Assembly (NCBI GenBank): GCA_038147295.1
Contig: JAYQTH010000002.1
Location: 741,850-805,849, forward strand
DNA length: 64,000 nt
Origin: Gammaproteobacteria bacterium
GTDB lineage: Bacteria > Pseudomonadota > Gammaproteobacteria > Magnimaribacterales > TMED112
Reading direction: 5' to 3'
Made by a program: the position numbers and the translations under genes. Positions 39,468 to 48,906 of this stretch are shown piece after piece (position 1 is the stretch's first letter; the number at the start of each line of letters is the position of its first letter). The notes under the pieces are model-generated. The model had not been told where the DNA came from and made no database searches. It saw only the letters and a list, made by a program, of their open reading frames with translations.

Positions 39468-40625
39468 ATGGCCAGATTAAAAAAATATATAACAAACAGA
39501 GGTTTCTTACCCGAAGCAACTCCTTTAAGAGCTGTGCAAAATAAAACTGCTAGTACAGATATAATTAACAACGTAGCACTCGAACTTCCAAAACTTCTTC
39601 TTACCAATCAAATACGTCCAACAATAAACAAAATTAAAAATTTAGATCTACATCTAAATGATCACTCTCTAGAGGAGCAAGAATTACTCTTTGCACAACT
39701 CTCATTTATAGCCCATGCATATGTTTGGGGCGACTTAAAGCCTGTCCAAAATTTACCACACAACATTAGTGCACCTTGGGTTAAGCTTTCAGAAAAATTT
39801 AAACGCCCTCCTATCCTGAGTTATGCCTCCTATTGCTTACACAATTGGTACAAAATTAATGAAACTAAAGATGTTTCTTTAGATAATGTGGCCCTAATCA
39901 ATAATTTTTTAGGTGGCATAGATGAGGATTGGTTTGTAACGATCCATGTATGCATAGAAGATGCTGCGAGTCCAGCAATATCAAGTATAGCTAAAATTGT
40001 AGATGATGAGCTATGGAATGATGAGTCGTTATTAGCAGAAGAGTTGCAAACCGTAAAAGAATCTATGGCAAAAGTAAATGAAATCTTTAGATTAATGCCA
40101 GAGAAATGCGATCCATATATCTACTACCATAGAGTAAGACCATATATATTTGGATGGAAAAACAATCCAGATTTACCCGATGGTCTAATTTATGATGGTT
40201 TTTTTCAAAATAAACCGCAATTATTCAGAGGTGAAACAGGTGCACAGAGCTCCATTATTCCATCTCTTGATGCATTGTTTAATGTTCATCATGAGAAAGA
40301 CGAATTACGAGATTATCTTGATGAAATGAAACTTTACATGCCAGATAATCATAGAAATTTCATTCGAATAGTAGAAGAAGAATCTAAAGTTAAAGATGCT
40401 GCACTTTCTAGTAGCAAAATTAATGCTTTAGTTAATGATTGTCTTGATGAGATGACAAACTTTCGATCTCAGCATTTGCAATATGCTGCAGATTACATTC
40501 ATCAACAAAATGTTAAAAGCACACTATTTGGTACAGGAGGTTCTACAGTTAGAGGCACAGGCGGAACACCCTTTATGAAATATCTTAAAAAACATAGAGA
40601 CGAAACCAACACATCAAAAAGATAA
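39468..40625 (+). CDS. Indoleamine 2,3-dioxygenase-family heme protein
   Basis: 385 aa, collinear with the IDO1 C-terminal signature blocks as I recall them. The pairs are GETGAQSS (IDO GGSAGQSS), MKLYMPDNHRNFI (MRRYMPPAHRNFL), FRSQHLQYAADYI (LRSYHLQIVTKYI, proximal His) and RGTGGTPFMKYLKKHR (KGTGGTDLMNFLKTVR). Confidence 0.85.
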   Translation: MARLKKYITNRGFLPEATPLRAVQNKTASTDIINNVALELPKLLLTNQIRPTINKIKNLDLHLNDHSLEEQELLFAQLSFIAHAYVWGDLKPVQNLPHNISAPWVKLSEKFKRPPILSYASYCLHNWYKINETKDVSLDNVALINNFLGGIDEDWFVTIHVCIEDAASPAISSIAKIVDDELWNDESLLAEELQTVKESMAKVNEIFRLMPEKCDPYIYYHRVRPYIFGWKNNPDLPDGLIYDGFFQNKPQLFRGETGAQSSIIPSLDALFNVHHEKDELRDYLDEMKLYMPDNHRNFIRIVEEESKVKDAALSSSKINALVNDCLDEMTNFRSQHLQYAADYIHQQNVKSTLFGTGGSTVRGTGGTPFMKYLKKHRDETNTSKR

Positions 40626-40669
40626 TTAACTGTTGAAATATTTTTATCTGCCTTCAATTAGAATCTATT

Positions 40670-41788
40670 ATGTTTAAAAAACTTTTTACTGCTTTCACAC
40701 TCGTTTTACTAACTGCTTGTGGCGGTGGCGGTGGCGGCTCTGAAGCTCCTGCTCCAGCTCCAACTCCAGCACCAACACCAGCACCAACGCCAGCACCAAC
40801 TCCTGAGCCTACTCCTGAGCCAACGCCGGAACCAACACCAGCACCAACACCAGAACCAGTAACCAATGTTACTTACTCTGATGATTTTGAAGCTTATTCA
40901 TCTGATGATGCTAACTTAGCACCATGGGATGCTTATGTTAATCAGTTTAATGCTGATGGTTCATACATTGGTGGATATGCTGCAGCTCCAGCTCCAATAG
41001 CAGGCGATATTAGTGCACTAGTTGAAGAGGAAGTTAACAAATACGTCAATATTTATAGCAACTATCAAGACGGCACTCACAATGGAGGTATTGTTGAAGC
41101 AAATTTCTTTAGAGAGCTCGGAGCAGACGAAGGTTTAATTACAGCTTCAATGGTTGGAACATATCGTATGACTTTTGACGCCAAACACCCTGAATCCAAT
41201 AATTGTGGCTCAACTAACCCTGACAATGGAGCAAGTGGTGCTGAATGTAGTGCATTTATAAAAGTTTTAAATTCAAGTGATTTTAATGAATTACTTTTTG
41301 TAGAGACTGATACAACAGAATTAACCACAGAGTGGCAAACTTTGACTTTAGATTTTGAAATTACAGAAGCAATGGTTGGTCATATTTATCAATCCGGATT
41401 TATGAATACAGCAGGCAATTACGCTCCAACTGGCGTACATTACGACAATGTCAAAGTTGAGACTTATTCAGAAACTGTAGAGGTCACCGTAACCAATCAA
41501 GGCAACACCTACTATATGAATGGTGAAATGCATGGCAGCATTACAGTGCGTCGTGGTCAAACCGTTGTATTTGACACCTCAGCATTTGGTAATAGTCATC
41601 CATTTCGACTTAGCAAAACTAAAGATGGAACATTTGGTGGTGGAACTGCTTACACTGAAGGAGTTAGTGGTGACCAAAATACTCTGACATGGGTTGTTCC
41701 GACAGATTTAGACGTTGATACAATGTACTATTTCTGCACTTTACATGCCGGAATGGCTGGAGATGGAGTAATCAATATAATTGATTAA
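40670..41788 (+). CDS. Lipoprotein with Pro/Thr/Ala/Glu linker, central beta-sandwich-like domain and C-terminal cupredoxin-like (type-1 Cu) domain
   Basis: 372 aa. The lipobox is LLTAC, followed by G6 and a (PAPT/PEPT)n linker. The central region ends in HYDNVKVE, which is CBM-like. The C-terminal ~100 aa carry candidate Cu ligands His310 (NSHPF) and Cys356-x2-His359-x2-Met362 ([12 protein letters not shown]). That spacing is the same as in amicyanin-type blue copper sites. Confidence 0.7.
   Translation: MFKKLFTAFTLVLLTACGGGGGGSEAPAPAPTPAPTPAPTPAPTPEPTPEPTPEPTPAPTPEPVTNVTYSDDFEAYSSDDANLAPWDAYVNQFNADGSYIGGYAAAPAPIAGDISALVEEEVNKYVNIYSNYQDGTHNGGIVEANFFRELGADEGLITASMVGTYRMTFDAKHPESNNCGSTNPDNGASGAECSAFIKVLNSSDFNELLFVETDTTELTTEWQTLTLDFEITEAMVGHIYQSGFMNTAGNYAPTGVHYDNVKVETYSETVEVTVTNQGNTYYMNGEMHGSITVRRGQTVVFDTSAFGNSHPFRLSKTKDGTFGGGTAYTEGVSGDQNTLTWVVPTDLDVDTMYYFCTLHAGMAGDGVINIID
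40745..40858 (+). repeat. In-frame imperfect 12-bp tandem repeat encoding the (P-A/E-P-T)n linker
   Basis: The repeat reads gctccagctccaactccagcaccaacaccagcaccaacgccagcaccaactcctgagcctactcctgagccaacgccggaaccaacaccagcaccaacaccagaacca, encoding [38 protein letters not shown]. Confidence 0.9.
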
Positions 41789-42171
41789 TTAACGGTTATT
41801 AGTATCTCTTCAGAATAAATTGGGTTGCTATGTGGAATATGTACATAGTTTCCAAGTAGCAACCTCAATCTGTATTCACCTTTAGGTAGCTCCAATACAG
41901 CTTCAGTCTGTCCCTTGCCAAAATGAATATGATTGCTATCAGCAGGGATTGGTTTAGTTAAATCGATTGGAAAATCAACGTTGATCAACAAGTGATGATG
42001 GCCGGTGTTATCAATATCGTAACCTGCAGGAGCAACGCCAAAATCCTTTAATCCAAAAACAACTTTTACTGGCCCTGAAATATTTGCTTTATTTTGCGGT
42101 TCAATAAAATAAAGTTCGGGTTCAGATAGTAGGATCTGAGATACGAGATAAATTAAAGCAAGCCTTTTAAT
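41785..42171 (-). CDS. DUF4399-like secreted protein; no canonical start codon (candidate ATT start)
   Basis: The frame is open from a TAA at 42190-42192 down to the stop at 41785. My translation is (I)KRLALIYLVSQILLSEPELYFIEPQNKANISGPVKVVFGLKDFGVAPAGYDIDNTGHHHLLINVDFPIDL...ILITVN, and the GHHHLL motif is typical of DUF4399. The only ATG/GTG/TTG in frame is the internal TTG used by the ORF track (68 aa), which would delete the signal peptide. The ATT at 42169-42171 is preceded by GGAGAAGGA. Confidence 0.6.
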   Translation of the reverse strand: MKRLALIYLVSQILLSEPELYFIEPQNKANISGPVKVVFGLKDFGVAPAGYDIDNTGHHHLLINVDFPIDLTKPIPADSNHIHFGKGQTEAVLELPKGEYRLRLLLGNYVHIPHSNPIYSEEILITVN

Positions 42172-42911
42172 ATTCCTTCTCCAATAAGAAATTTATTTAT
42201 ACCCTCATTTTGGTAAATTTCCAAATCCTTAGAATTAGAAAACCCTGATTCAGCGATTATAGAGAAATTTTGAAAGTCATTACTATATTTTTTATATAGC
42301 CTAAGAGCATGCATATTATCTGTCTGCAGGGTTTTAAGATTTCTGTTATTAATACCTATATGGTCTAGTTCCTGGTTTAGCACCTTACCCAATTCACGTT
42401 CTTCATGAAATTCAAGTAAAACGTCTAGATCAAGCGACTTAGCAAGCTTTATAAATGCTGAAATTTGAGCTTCCGATAAGTATTCAGCAATAAGCAGAAT
42501 ACAATCAGCACCTATGTATTTTGATTCGTATATTTGCCACTCATCAAAAATAAAATCTTTTCTTAGCACTTTTAAGTTGGTATTTGAGGCAATCTTTGTG
42601 AGGTCTGAGTTTACACCATAAAAGTACCCAGATTCAGTTAAGACAGAAATATTTTCATAGCCTTTCTCTTCGTAGGATTGTGCTATTGAAAGAGGGTCAT
42701 ATTGCTCCTTAATGATACCTGCTGATGGAGAGCCTTTTTTAGTTTCAGCAATAATTTTAAAATTGCTTCTATTGCCATCTAAGGTGCTAAAAAAATTTCC
42801 AGAGCTACGCTTTTGGTCAAAATTTTCAATAAAAAAATCTATGGATTGGATTTTCTTAGCTTCAGCTACTTGGGCTCTTTTTAACTGAAATATGGTTTCA
42901 AGCTGATTCAT
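42153..42911 (-). CDS. trpC: Indole-3-glycerol-phosphate synthase
   Basis: 252 aa with IIAETKKGSPSAG, LRKDFI and INNRNL. Confidence 0.9.
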   Translation of the reverse strand: MNQLETIFQLKRAQVAEAKKIQSIDFFIENFDQKRSSGNFFSTLDGNRSNFKIIAETKKGSPSAGIIKEQYDPLSIAQSYEEKGYENISVLTESGYFYGVNSDLTKIASNTNLKVLRKDFIFDEWQIYESKYIGADCILLIAEYLSEAQISAFIKLAKSLDLDVLLEFHEERELGKVLNQELDHIGINNRNLKTLQTDNMHALRLYKKYSNDFQNFSIIAESGFSNSKDLEIYQNEGINKFLIGEGILKGLL

Positions 42912-43912
42912 TCTTGAGTTGCTTTGGCGTACACATTCAAGTTAAGAAGGACTTTTCCGGATATTAATTGTTTTTTTGCTATTTCAAAACATTCGATTAG
43001 ATCATCGCATAATCCTAATAAATACAAACAGAAACCTGCATTTAGAGCTACCATATCCAGTCCTGGTCCTCTTTTACCATTTAGCACCTCTACCCCAAAC
43101 AGGTAAGCTTCTTCAAGTGATTGTACCTGGATATCAGATAGAGAGCAGTCTACAAAGCCATAATCTTTAGGATTGAATTGCCATTCTAAGATTTCATTAT
43201 TTCTAATTTCGGTTATTGAAGTTGGTTCATGTATTACTATTTCATCAATGCCTGAACTAGAGGTTGCGACTATACCTCTTTGTATTCCATTATTTAACAA
43301 AGCATTTGCCATATCTCTGTTAATAGAAGAATCGGATGTTCCCAGCAATTGGAATTGTGGTTTGGCAGGGTTAACAAGTGGCCCCAAGATATTAAATATT
43401 GTTCTTACACCTAACTCTTTACGAACTTTAGCAACATTTTTTAATTTTGGATGTTGATTTGGAGCAAATAAAAAGCAAATGCCTAATCTTTGATATAGGT
43501 TGATAAGCTGACTGTTATCAACATTTAAATTTACACCGGCCCTTTCTAGGAAATCAGCGCTTCCAGATTTGCTTGTTATTGATCTATTGCCATGTTTGAT
43601 TACTTTCCCGCCACATGAAGCAACAGTAAATGCAGAAAGGGTCGAACAGTTAAAAATTGACTGACCAGAACCACCTGTACCACACGTATCGATACAATCG
43701 TTATGGTCTAAGTCAATTAGATTAGAGTGTTTAAGGATCTCATTTGATAATACGGAAAGATGATTATAGTTAATGCCAACTTCATTTAAACTTAATAAAA
43801 TTTCTTTTTTCTCTTCATCAGATGAGTCTTCACTAAGCAAATGACTGAATAAAAACTCTAGTTCCGCTTTTCGCGATGTTGAGTTGTTTAGTATTGCTAA
43901 TAGATTATCCAT
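42908..43912 (-). CDS. trpD: Anthranilate phosphoribosyltransferase
   Basis: 334 aa with DTCGTGGSG, KHGNRS.TSKSGSAD and NILGPL.NP. Confidence 0.9.
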   Translation of the reverse strand: MDNLLAILNNSTSRKAELEFLFSHLLSEDSSDEEKKEILLSLNEVGINYNHLSVLSNEILKHSNLIDLDHNDCIDTCGTGGSGQSIFNCSTLSAFTVASCGGKVIKHGNRSITSKSGSADFLERAGVNLNVDNSQLINLYQRLGICFLFAPNQHPKLKNVAKVRKELGVRTIFNILGPLVNPAKPQFQLLGTSDSSINRDMANALLNNGIQRGIVATSSSGIDEIVIHEPTSITEIRNNEILEWQFNPKDYGFVDCSLSDIQVQSLEEAYLFGVEVLNGKRGPGLDMVALNAGFCLYLLGLCDDLIECFEIAKKQLISGKVLLNLNVYAKATQE

Positions 43913-44486
43913 ATAAAGTAAAAAAGTTATCTAATAACTTATTGCCTTGTTCGGTAAATATTGATTCAGGATGAAACTGAATGCCCACAACCGGATACGT
44001 TTTGTGTTTAACTGCCATTATTGTTTTTTTATTATCATCCTCACACCAGGCCAAAATCTCAAGATCATCTGATACAGATTTTTCAGAGATTACCAAGCTG
44101 TGATATCTCATGGCAATGTATGGTTCTTTTATATTTTGAAAAATTGAAGATTTAGTGTGGCTGAGATTTGACGTCTTGCCATGCATTATTTTATCAGCAA
44201 TGACAATTTTCCCACCGAACACCTCACCTATACATTGATGTCCTAAACAAATACCTAAAATAGGTTTCTTATCATAAAAATAATTTATTAACTCTAAGCT
44301 TATACCAGCATTTTTAGGGTTTGATGGGCCAGGACCAATAACAAAAGCATCGTAATCCAGTTGAGATATCTCATCAATGGAGATCTTATCGTTACGTATA
44401 ACATTTACTTCGTGATCAAGCATTAAAAGCTGATGTTCAACGTTAAAAGTAAATGAATCGTAATTATCAATTAGACAGATTTTCAT
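43905..44486 (-). CDS. trpG: Anthranilate synthase component II (glutamine amidotransferase)
   Basis: 193 aa with GPGPS.P, GICLGHQ, and QFHPES. Confidence 0.9.
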   Translation of the reverse strand: MKICLIDNYDSFTFNVEHQLLMLDHEVNVIRNDKISIDEISQLDYDAFVIGPGPSNPKNAGISLELINYFYDKKPILGICLGHQCIGEVFGGKIVIADKIMHGKTSNLSHTKSSIFQNIKEPYIAMRYHSLVISEKSVSDDLEILAWCEDDNKKTIMAVKHKTYPVVGIQFHPESIFTEQGNKLLDNFFTLYG

Positions 44487-45925
44487 TTATATCTTAACGC
44501 CTCATAAAATACCTTAGCTTTTGATTCTGTTTCTTCCCACTCTGAATCGGGATCTGAATCGTAAACAATTCCTGCTCCAACACCAACTTTTACATGATCA
44601 TCAAAATGCATACCGGTACGAATAACAATGGCTGTATCCAGTGAACCATTAAATCCTAAATATCCTACTGCACCGCCATAAACACCTCTTGGTCGTTTTT
44701 CAATTTCGCTTAGAATCTCCATAGCCCTTATTTTTGGAGCTCCACTTAAAGTACCAGCTGGCAAGGCTGCTTTCATGCAATCTATAGTTGAAACGTCTGT
44801 TTTTGATCGTCCAATCACATTCGATGTCATATGCATAACGTGAGAGTATTTCTCAACAACCATCATTTCATCTACTTGAACGGTTCCTTGCTCACATACT
44901 TTTGAAAGGTCATTCCTTGCTAAATCAACAAGCATCATATGTTCAGATTTTTCTTTTTCATCCTCAATAAGATCGATTTTATTTTTTAGGTCCTCAGATT
45001 TATTAAGACCTCGCCTACGTGTGCCTGCAATAGGTCTTATTGTTACTTTGTCATCATTTTTTTGAACCAGTATTTCTGGTGAGGAACCAATAATTCGAAA
45101 TTTGTCAAAGTTTAAGAAAAACATATAAGGCGATGGATTAATTAATCGAAGAGCACGGTAAAGCGTATAGGGATCAAATTCACCATCAAACGTAATCTCC
45201 TTTGATAATACTGCTTGCATTATTTCGCCTTGGTTAATTAGTTTTTTTAGGTCTTTAACTTGATTTATAAATGTTTTTTTATCGACATTGGAAGATGATT
45301 TTAAGGTTTTATTATCTATTGAAATGCTTTGATTAACAGAAGGTTGAAGAGAAAATACCGCTTGTTTAATTTCGGAAATTCTTTTCTTTGCTTTCTCCCA
45401 GCCTATTTCTGACTTATCGGTAGTATTAACTACGATATAAAATGTACCTTTGAAGTTATCAAAAATAATTAATTCATTGCATTCAATTAGAGATATTAGA
45501 GGTATGTCTTGATCTGGAAAAGTAACTTTATGCTCTATAAATTGGAATGATTCATAACTAAAGTAACCAACCAAACCTCCAAGAAATTCAGGGAGATGAT
45601 TTATTTTTGGTGATGAAAAAGATTGACTAATTTTATCTATATGATCATAAGCATTAATAATTCTTTGTTTTGTAGTTTGTGAATCATTAACTATTTCTAA
45701 CTCATCTTTAAAGTAATTGTATTTTTTCTGAGATGGAAGGCTCATTATTGAGTAACGGCCTTTTACTTCATGAGATTTTGCTGATTCAAATAAAAAAGTA
45801 TTTTCTTGATTGTAAAAGTTTGAATAAACGTAAAGCGGACTTACCAAATCTGCTGTAAATTCTTCATATACTGGTATGTGTGAATAAGATGAATTCTTGT
45901 ATCTTAAAAAATCTTCTTTATTCAT
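44483..45925 (-). CDS. trpE: Anthranilate synthase component I
   Basis: 480 aa with LFES, NPSPYMFF, IAGT..RG, DL.RND, and GAVGY....G..D.AI.IRT. Confidence 0.9.
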   Translation of the reverse strand: MNKEDFLRYKNSSYSHIPVYEEFTADLVSPLYVYSNFYNQENTFLFESAKSHEVKGRYSIMSLPSQKKYNYFKDELEIVNDSQTTKQRIINAYDHIDKISQSFSSPKINHLPEFLGGLVGYFSYESFQFIEHKVTFPDQDIPLISLIECNELIIFDNFKGTFYIVVNTTDKSEIGWEKAKKRISEIKQAVFSLQPSVNQSISIDNKTLKSSSNVDKKTFINQVKDLKKLINQGEIMQAVLSKEITFDGEFDPYTLYRALRLINPSPYMFFLNFDKFRIIGSSPEILVQKNDDKVTIRPIAGTRRRGLNKSEDLKNKIDLIEDEKEKSEHMMLVDLARNDLSKVCEQGTVQVDEMMVVEKYSHVMHMTSNVIGRSKTDVSTIDCMKAALPAGTLSGAPKIRAMEILSEIEKRPRGVYGGAVGYLGFNGSLDTAIVIRTGMHFDDHVKVGVGAGIVYDSDPDSEWEETESKAKVFYEALRYK

Positions 45926-46697
45926 TTTTAATTGCTTTAAGGATGGGTGTCAGGAATTTGCGTAATTTTGCTTGATGATTATCTTGGTTTAATAATTCAA
46001 CAATGGCACTGCCAATCACAAATCCATCAGCGTGAGATTTAAACTCATTTATTTGTGATGGATCTTTTAATCCAAAGCCTAAGACAACAGGCAAACTAGT
46101 TTTATCTCTAATGGCTTGAATATTGTCTAAAACCTCATTTTTATTGATATTTGATGATCCAGTAACTCCTCTTTGAGAGATGAAATATATAAACGCAGGA
46201 TTGTTTGATATGCATGATTCAATTTCATTTAATGGAGTAGTTGGGGCGATAAGTTGAATAAATTCAATTTCATTATCATGAAACGTTTTATAGATATCTT
46301 TTTCTACGTAAGGTAAATCTACAATTAAAAAGCCATCAACAAGTGCTTTTTTTGCTCGCTCTATAAATGCTTCTAGGCTTGGAGAAATAAATGAATTGGT
46401 ATATCCCATTAAAACAATTGGTATATCAGAATCTAATTTAAAATTTTTAATTACTTCCAATGCACTGACTAAATTAAAATTATCATTAAGAACTTGATGA
46501 TGTGCGGATTCAATAATCTTACCTTCAGCAATTGGATCAGAAAATGGGATGCCAACTTCAATTAAATCTGCCCCTAAATCTTTTAAGGTATACAAAGTTT
46601 CAGTAAAAACATCTTGGTTTGGGAAATTAGCGACCACATAAGGTATAAATGCCTTTTTTTGATTGGCCGCTAAATTTAAGAACTTATTTTTTATCAT
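45918..46697 (-). CDS. trpA: Tryptophan synthase alpha chain
   Basis: 259 aa with [17 protein letters not shown] and GF.VGSAIV. Confidence 0.9.
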   Translation of the reverse strand: MIKNKFLNLAANQKKAFIPYVVANFPNQDVFTETLYTLKDLGADLIEVGIPFSDPIAEGKIIESAHHQVLNDNFNLVSALEVIKNFKLDSDIPIVLMGYTNSFISPSLEAFIERAKKALVDGFLIVDLPYVEKDIYKTFHDNEIEFIQLIAPTTPLNEIESCISNNPAFIYFISQRGVTGSSNINKNEVLDNIQAIRDKTSLPVVLGFGLKDPSQINEFKSHADGFVIGSAIVELLNQDNHQAKLRKFLTPILKAIKNE

Positions 46698-47850
46698 TAT
46701 TCATTACCGAATAGAGATCTTTATCTCCTCTACCAGACATGTTTACAACAACATCATTGGATGAATCTAGGCTTCCTAATTTTTCTAGATAAGCAAGAGC
46801 ATGGGCTGTTTCTAGTGCAGGTATTATTCCTTCGAGCCTTGAGGTTTTATAAAAAGCAGCTAGAGCTTCTTCATCGTATATTTTTTTATATTCAGCCCTT
46901 TTGATTTCATCTAAATAAGCATGTTCAGGGCCTACCCCAGGATAATCAAGGCCTGCAGAAATACTGCTTGTTTCAAGAATATTTCCATCCTCGGATTGTA
47001 GTATTTTTGTTTTAGCTCCATGTAGCACACCTATGCTGCCGTCTGATATCGATGCACTACCTATATCAGAACTATTTTTTCCACCTGCTTCAATTCCTAT
47101 TAATTGAACATTTATATCGTCTATAAAAGGATAAAAGACACCCATTGCATTAGAACCACCACCAACACAAGCAATAATCATATCCGGCAATTTTCCTATT
47201 TGATTTTTTGCTTGATGTTTTAATTCCTGACCAGCAATTGCATTAAAATCTCTCACTATAGTTGGGTAAGGGTGTGGGCCAGTTACACTACCAATAATGT
47301 AGTGTGTATTGTCTACATTTGTAACCCAGTCTCTGATTGATTCATTTAAGGCATCTTTAAGAGTTGCTGTTCCACTGGTAACAGGTATTACTTCTGCGCC
47401 TAGAGTTTTAATTTTAAAAACATTAAGTTCCTGTCGAACGATATCGGTTTGCCCCATATATATAGTGCAATCTAAATCAAGTTTGGCACAGATTGTAGCA
47501 GTTGCGACACCATGTTGGCCTGCACCCGTTTCAGCAATAATTCTTTTTTTCCCAAGCCTTTTGGCTAACAAAGCCTGTCCGACAGTATTATTGATTTTAT
47601 GTGCACCAGTATGATTAAGATCCTCTCGCTTGAACCATATATTAGGACCGCCAATATCAGTAGTGTATTTTTCTGCAAAATATAATGGAGATGGTCGTCC
47701 AACATAATTTTTATATAGATCTTCTAGTTCAGTTCTGAAAGAAATATCATCTTTAGTTGAATTATAAAGCTCATCAAGCTCTCTTAATGCATAAGACAGA
47801 GTTTCAGGTATAAACAACCCGCCAAAACTTCCAAAATATCCTTTATTCAT
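46684..47850 (-). CDS. trpB: Tryptophan synthase beta chain
   Basis: 388 aa with [30 protein letters not shown] and GGGSNA.G. Confidence 0.95.
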   Translation of the reverse strand: MNKGYFGSFGGLFIPETLSYALRELDELYNSTKDDISFRTELEDLYKNYVGRPSPLYFAEKYTTDIGGPNIWFKREDLNHTGAHKINNTVGQALLAKRLGKKRIIAETGAGQHGVATATICAKLDLDCTIYMGQTDIVRQELNVFKIKTLGAEVIPVTSGTATLKDALNESIRDWVTNVDNTHYIIGSVTGPHPYPTIVRDFNAIAGQELKHQAKNQIGKLPDMIIACVGGGSNAMGVFYPFIDDINVQLIGIEAGGKNSSDIGSASISDGSIGVLHGAKTKILQSEDGNILETSSISAGLDYPGVGPEHAYLDEIKRAEYKKIYDEEALAAFYKTSRLEGIIPALETAHALAYLEKLGSLDSSNDVVVNMSGRGDKDLYSVMNNDKK

Positions 47851-48433
47851 ATCTAAACTGTTCCAACAACTTTATCTTTTTTAGATCTTTTATACCTGGA
47901 GATATTTCAATTTTTGAATTTAAATCAACCCCAAAAATTTGAAGTGTTGATAAATAATCTATATCTTCAACTCCAACTCCTCCAGCTATCATAAAATTTG
48001 AAAGGTTTACATTATCGAGGATAGACCAATCAAATTTATTCCCACTGCCTCCCAGCGTGCTAGCCATATTATCAAGTAAAAAAATAGTATTTCTAATAGG
48101 TTCTATCTGCAACAAATCATTTTGTTGCAAATTTGTTGCAGAAAGTGGTTCAAAACACATACTTTTTTTAGGTTTTTGATAGTTGCCATATAGTTGGAAA
48201 TTTGATTGCACATTAGTATCCAAGAACTTTGCAATATCATCGACTGTTGGATTTTCTAACAGGCATGTAAATTTATCTTGTAAATTGTATTTTCTTGACA
48301 TATCTAAGGCCCAATCAACAGAAACTTTTCGCGGGCTCGATTTAATAAAATTAAAGCCAATATAATCAATATTTACACTTAAAAGCGCTTCAATATCATT
48401 TTCTCGGGTAACCCCGCACACTTTAATTTTCAT
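47843..48433 (-). CDS. trpF: Phosphoribosylanthranilate isomerase
   Basis: I placed the start at MKIKVCGVT (48433). This leaves a 7-nt gap (48434-48440) after the cupin stop, whereas the track ORF start at 48496 overlaps the cupin gene. The C-terminus carries IAGG...N. Confidence 0.8.
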   Translation of the reverse strand: MKIKVCGVTRENDIEALLSVNIDYIGFNFIKSSPRKVSVDWALDMSRKYNLQDKFTCLLENPTVDDIAKFLDTNVQSNFQLYGNYQKPKKSMCFEPLSATNLQQNDLLQIEPIRNTIFLLDNMASTLGGSGNKFDWSILDNVNLSNFMIAGGVGVEDIDYLSTLQIFGVDLNSKIEISPGIKDLKKIKLLEQFRYE

Positions 48434-48440
48434 ATTATTT

Positions 48441-48869
48441 TTATTGCGGGTCTTGGTTTGATTCAGGGGAACGGCCTCGCCAACCCTGTTTATCAAAAAT
48501 TCTTAGATACACTAATTGGTCGTGGTCACTTTCATTTACAACTTTAATGTAATCACCTTCCTCAGCGAGAATGACATCCCCGGCTGATAAAGAGTATTCA
48601 TCTTTATGCATAATGCCGTGTGAGGGATCAGAACCGTGTCCATCTTGAGTATTGGCATATTCAACAACTTCCATTATTCCTCTGCCGGATATGACAACAA
48701 AAATTACCTCACTCTCCAATAGTCGATGTCCAAAAGTTGACATATTTGGTTCGATAACAGTTTTACTAGCTATAAGTTTTGTCAGAAGGTCGTTGGTCCA
48801 AACGGTATAACTATCCTCCTTTCTTTCAGGAACTCCACCTACTCTAAAGTTGACGTATTTTTTTGCCAT
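48441..48869 (-). CDS. Cupin-domain protein
   Basis: 142 aa with G.H......E.IFVV.G.G and LSAGDVI...EGDY..V.N. It lies immediately upstream of trpF on the same strand. Confidence 0.65.
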   Translation of the reverse strand: MAKKYVNFRVGGVPERKEDSYTVWTNDLLTKLIASKTVIEPNMSTFGHRLLESEVIFVVISGRGIMEVVEYANTQDGHGSDPSHGIMHKDEYSLSAGDVILAEEGDYIKVVNESDHDQLVYLRIFDKQGWRGRSPESNQDPQ

Positions 48870-48906
48870 GACGCTATTCTATATAATTTTATGTAAAAAT
48901 AAATTA

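Noticed and set aside
39362-39607. 81-aa minus-strand ORF across the Fur region
   Set aside because: It runs antisense to the 5-prime end of the IDO-family gene and through the Fur boxes and promoter. It has no supporting features, and the receptor gene has its own start at 39365.
40745-40858. Short tandem repeats that might suggest a CRISPR array or a phase-variable tract
   Set aside because: The units are 12 bp, contiguous, in frame and without spacers, encoding a Pro-rich linker. No CRISPR-like repeat-spacer architecture or cas genes occur anywhere in the window.
40654-40866. 70-aa minus-strand ORF rich in GAGVGS repeats
   Set aside because: It is the antisense reading of the (PAPT/PEPT)n repeat of the lipoprotein gene. 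Its low-complexity product is an artefact of the repeat, and the plus-strand frame has a lipobox and continues into folded domains.
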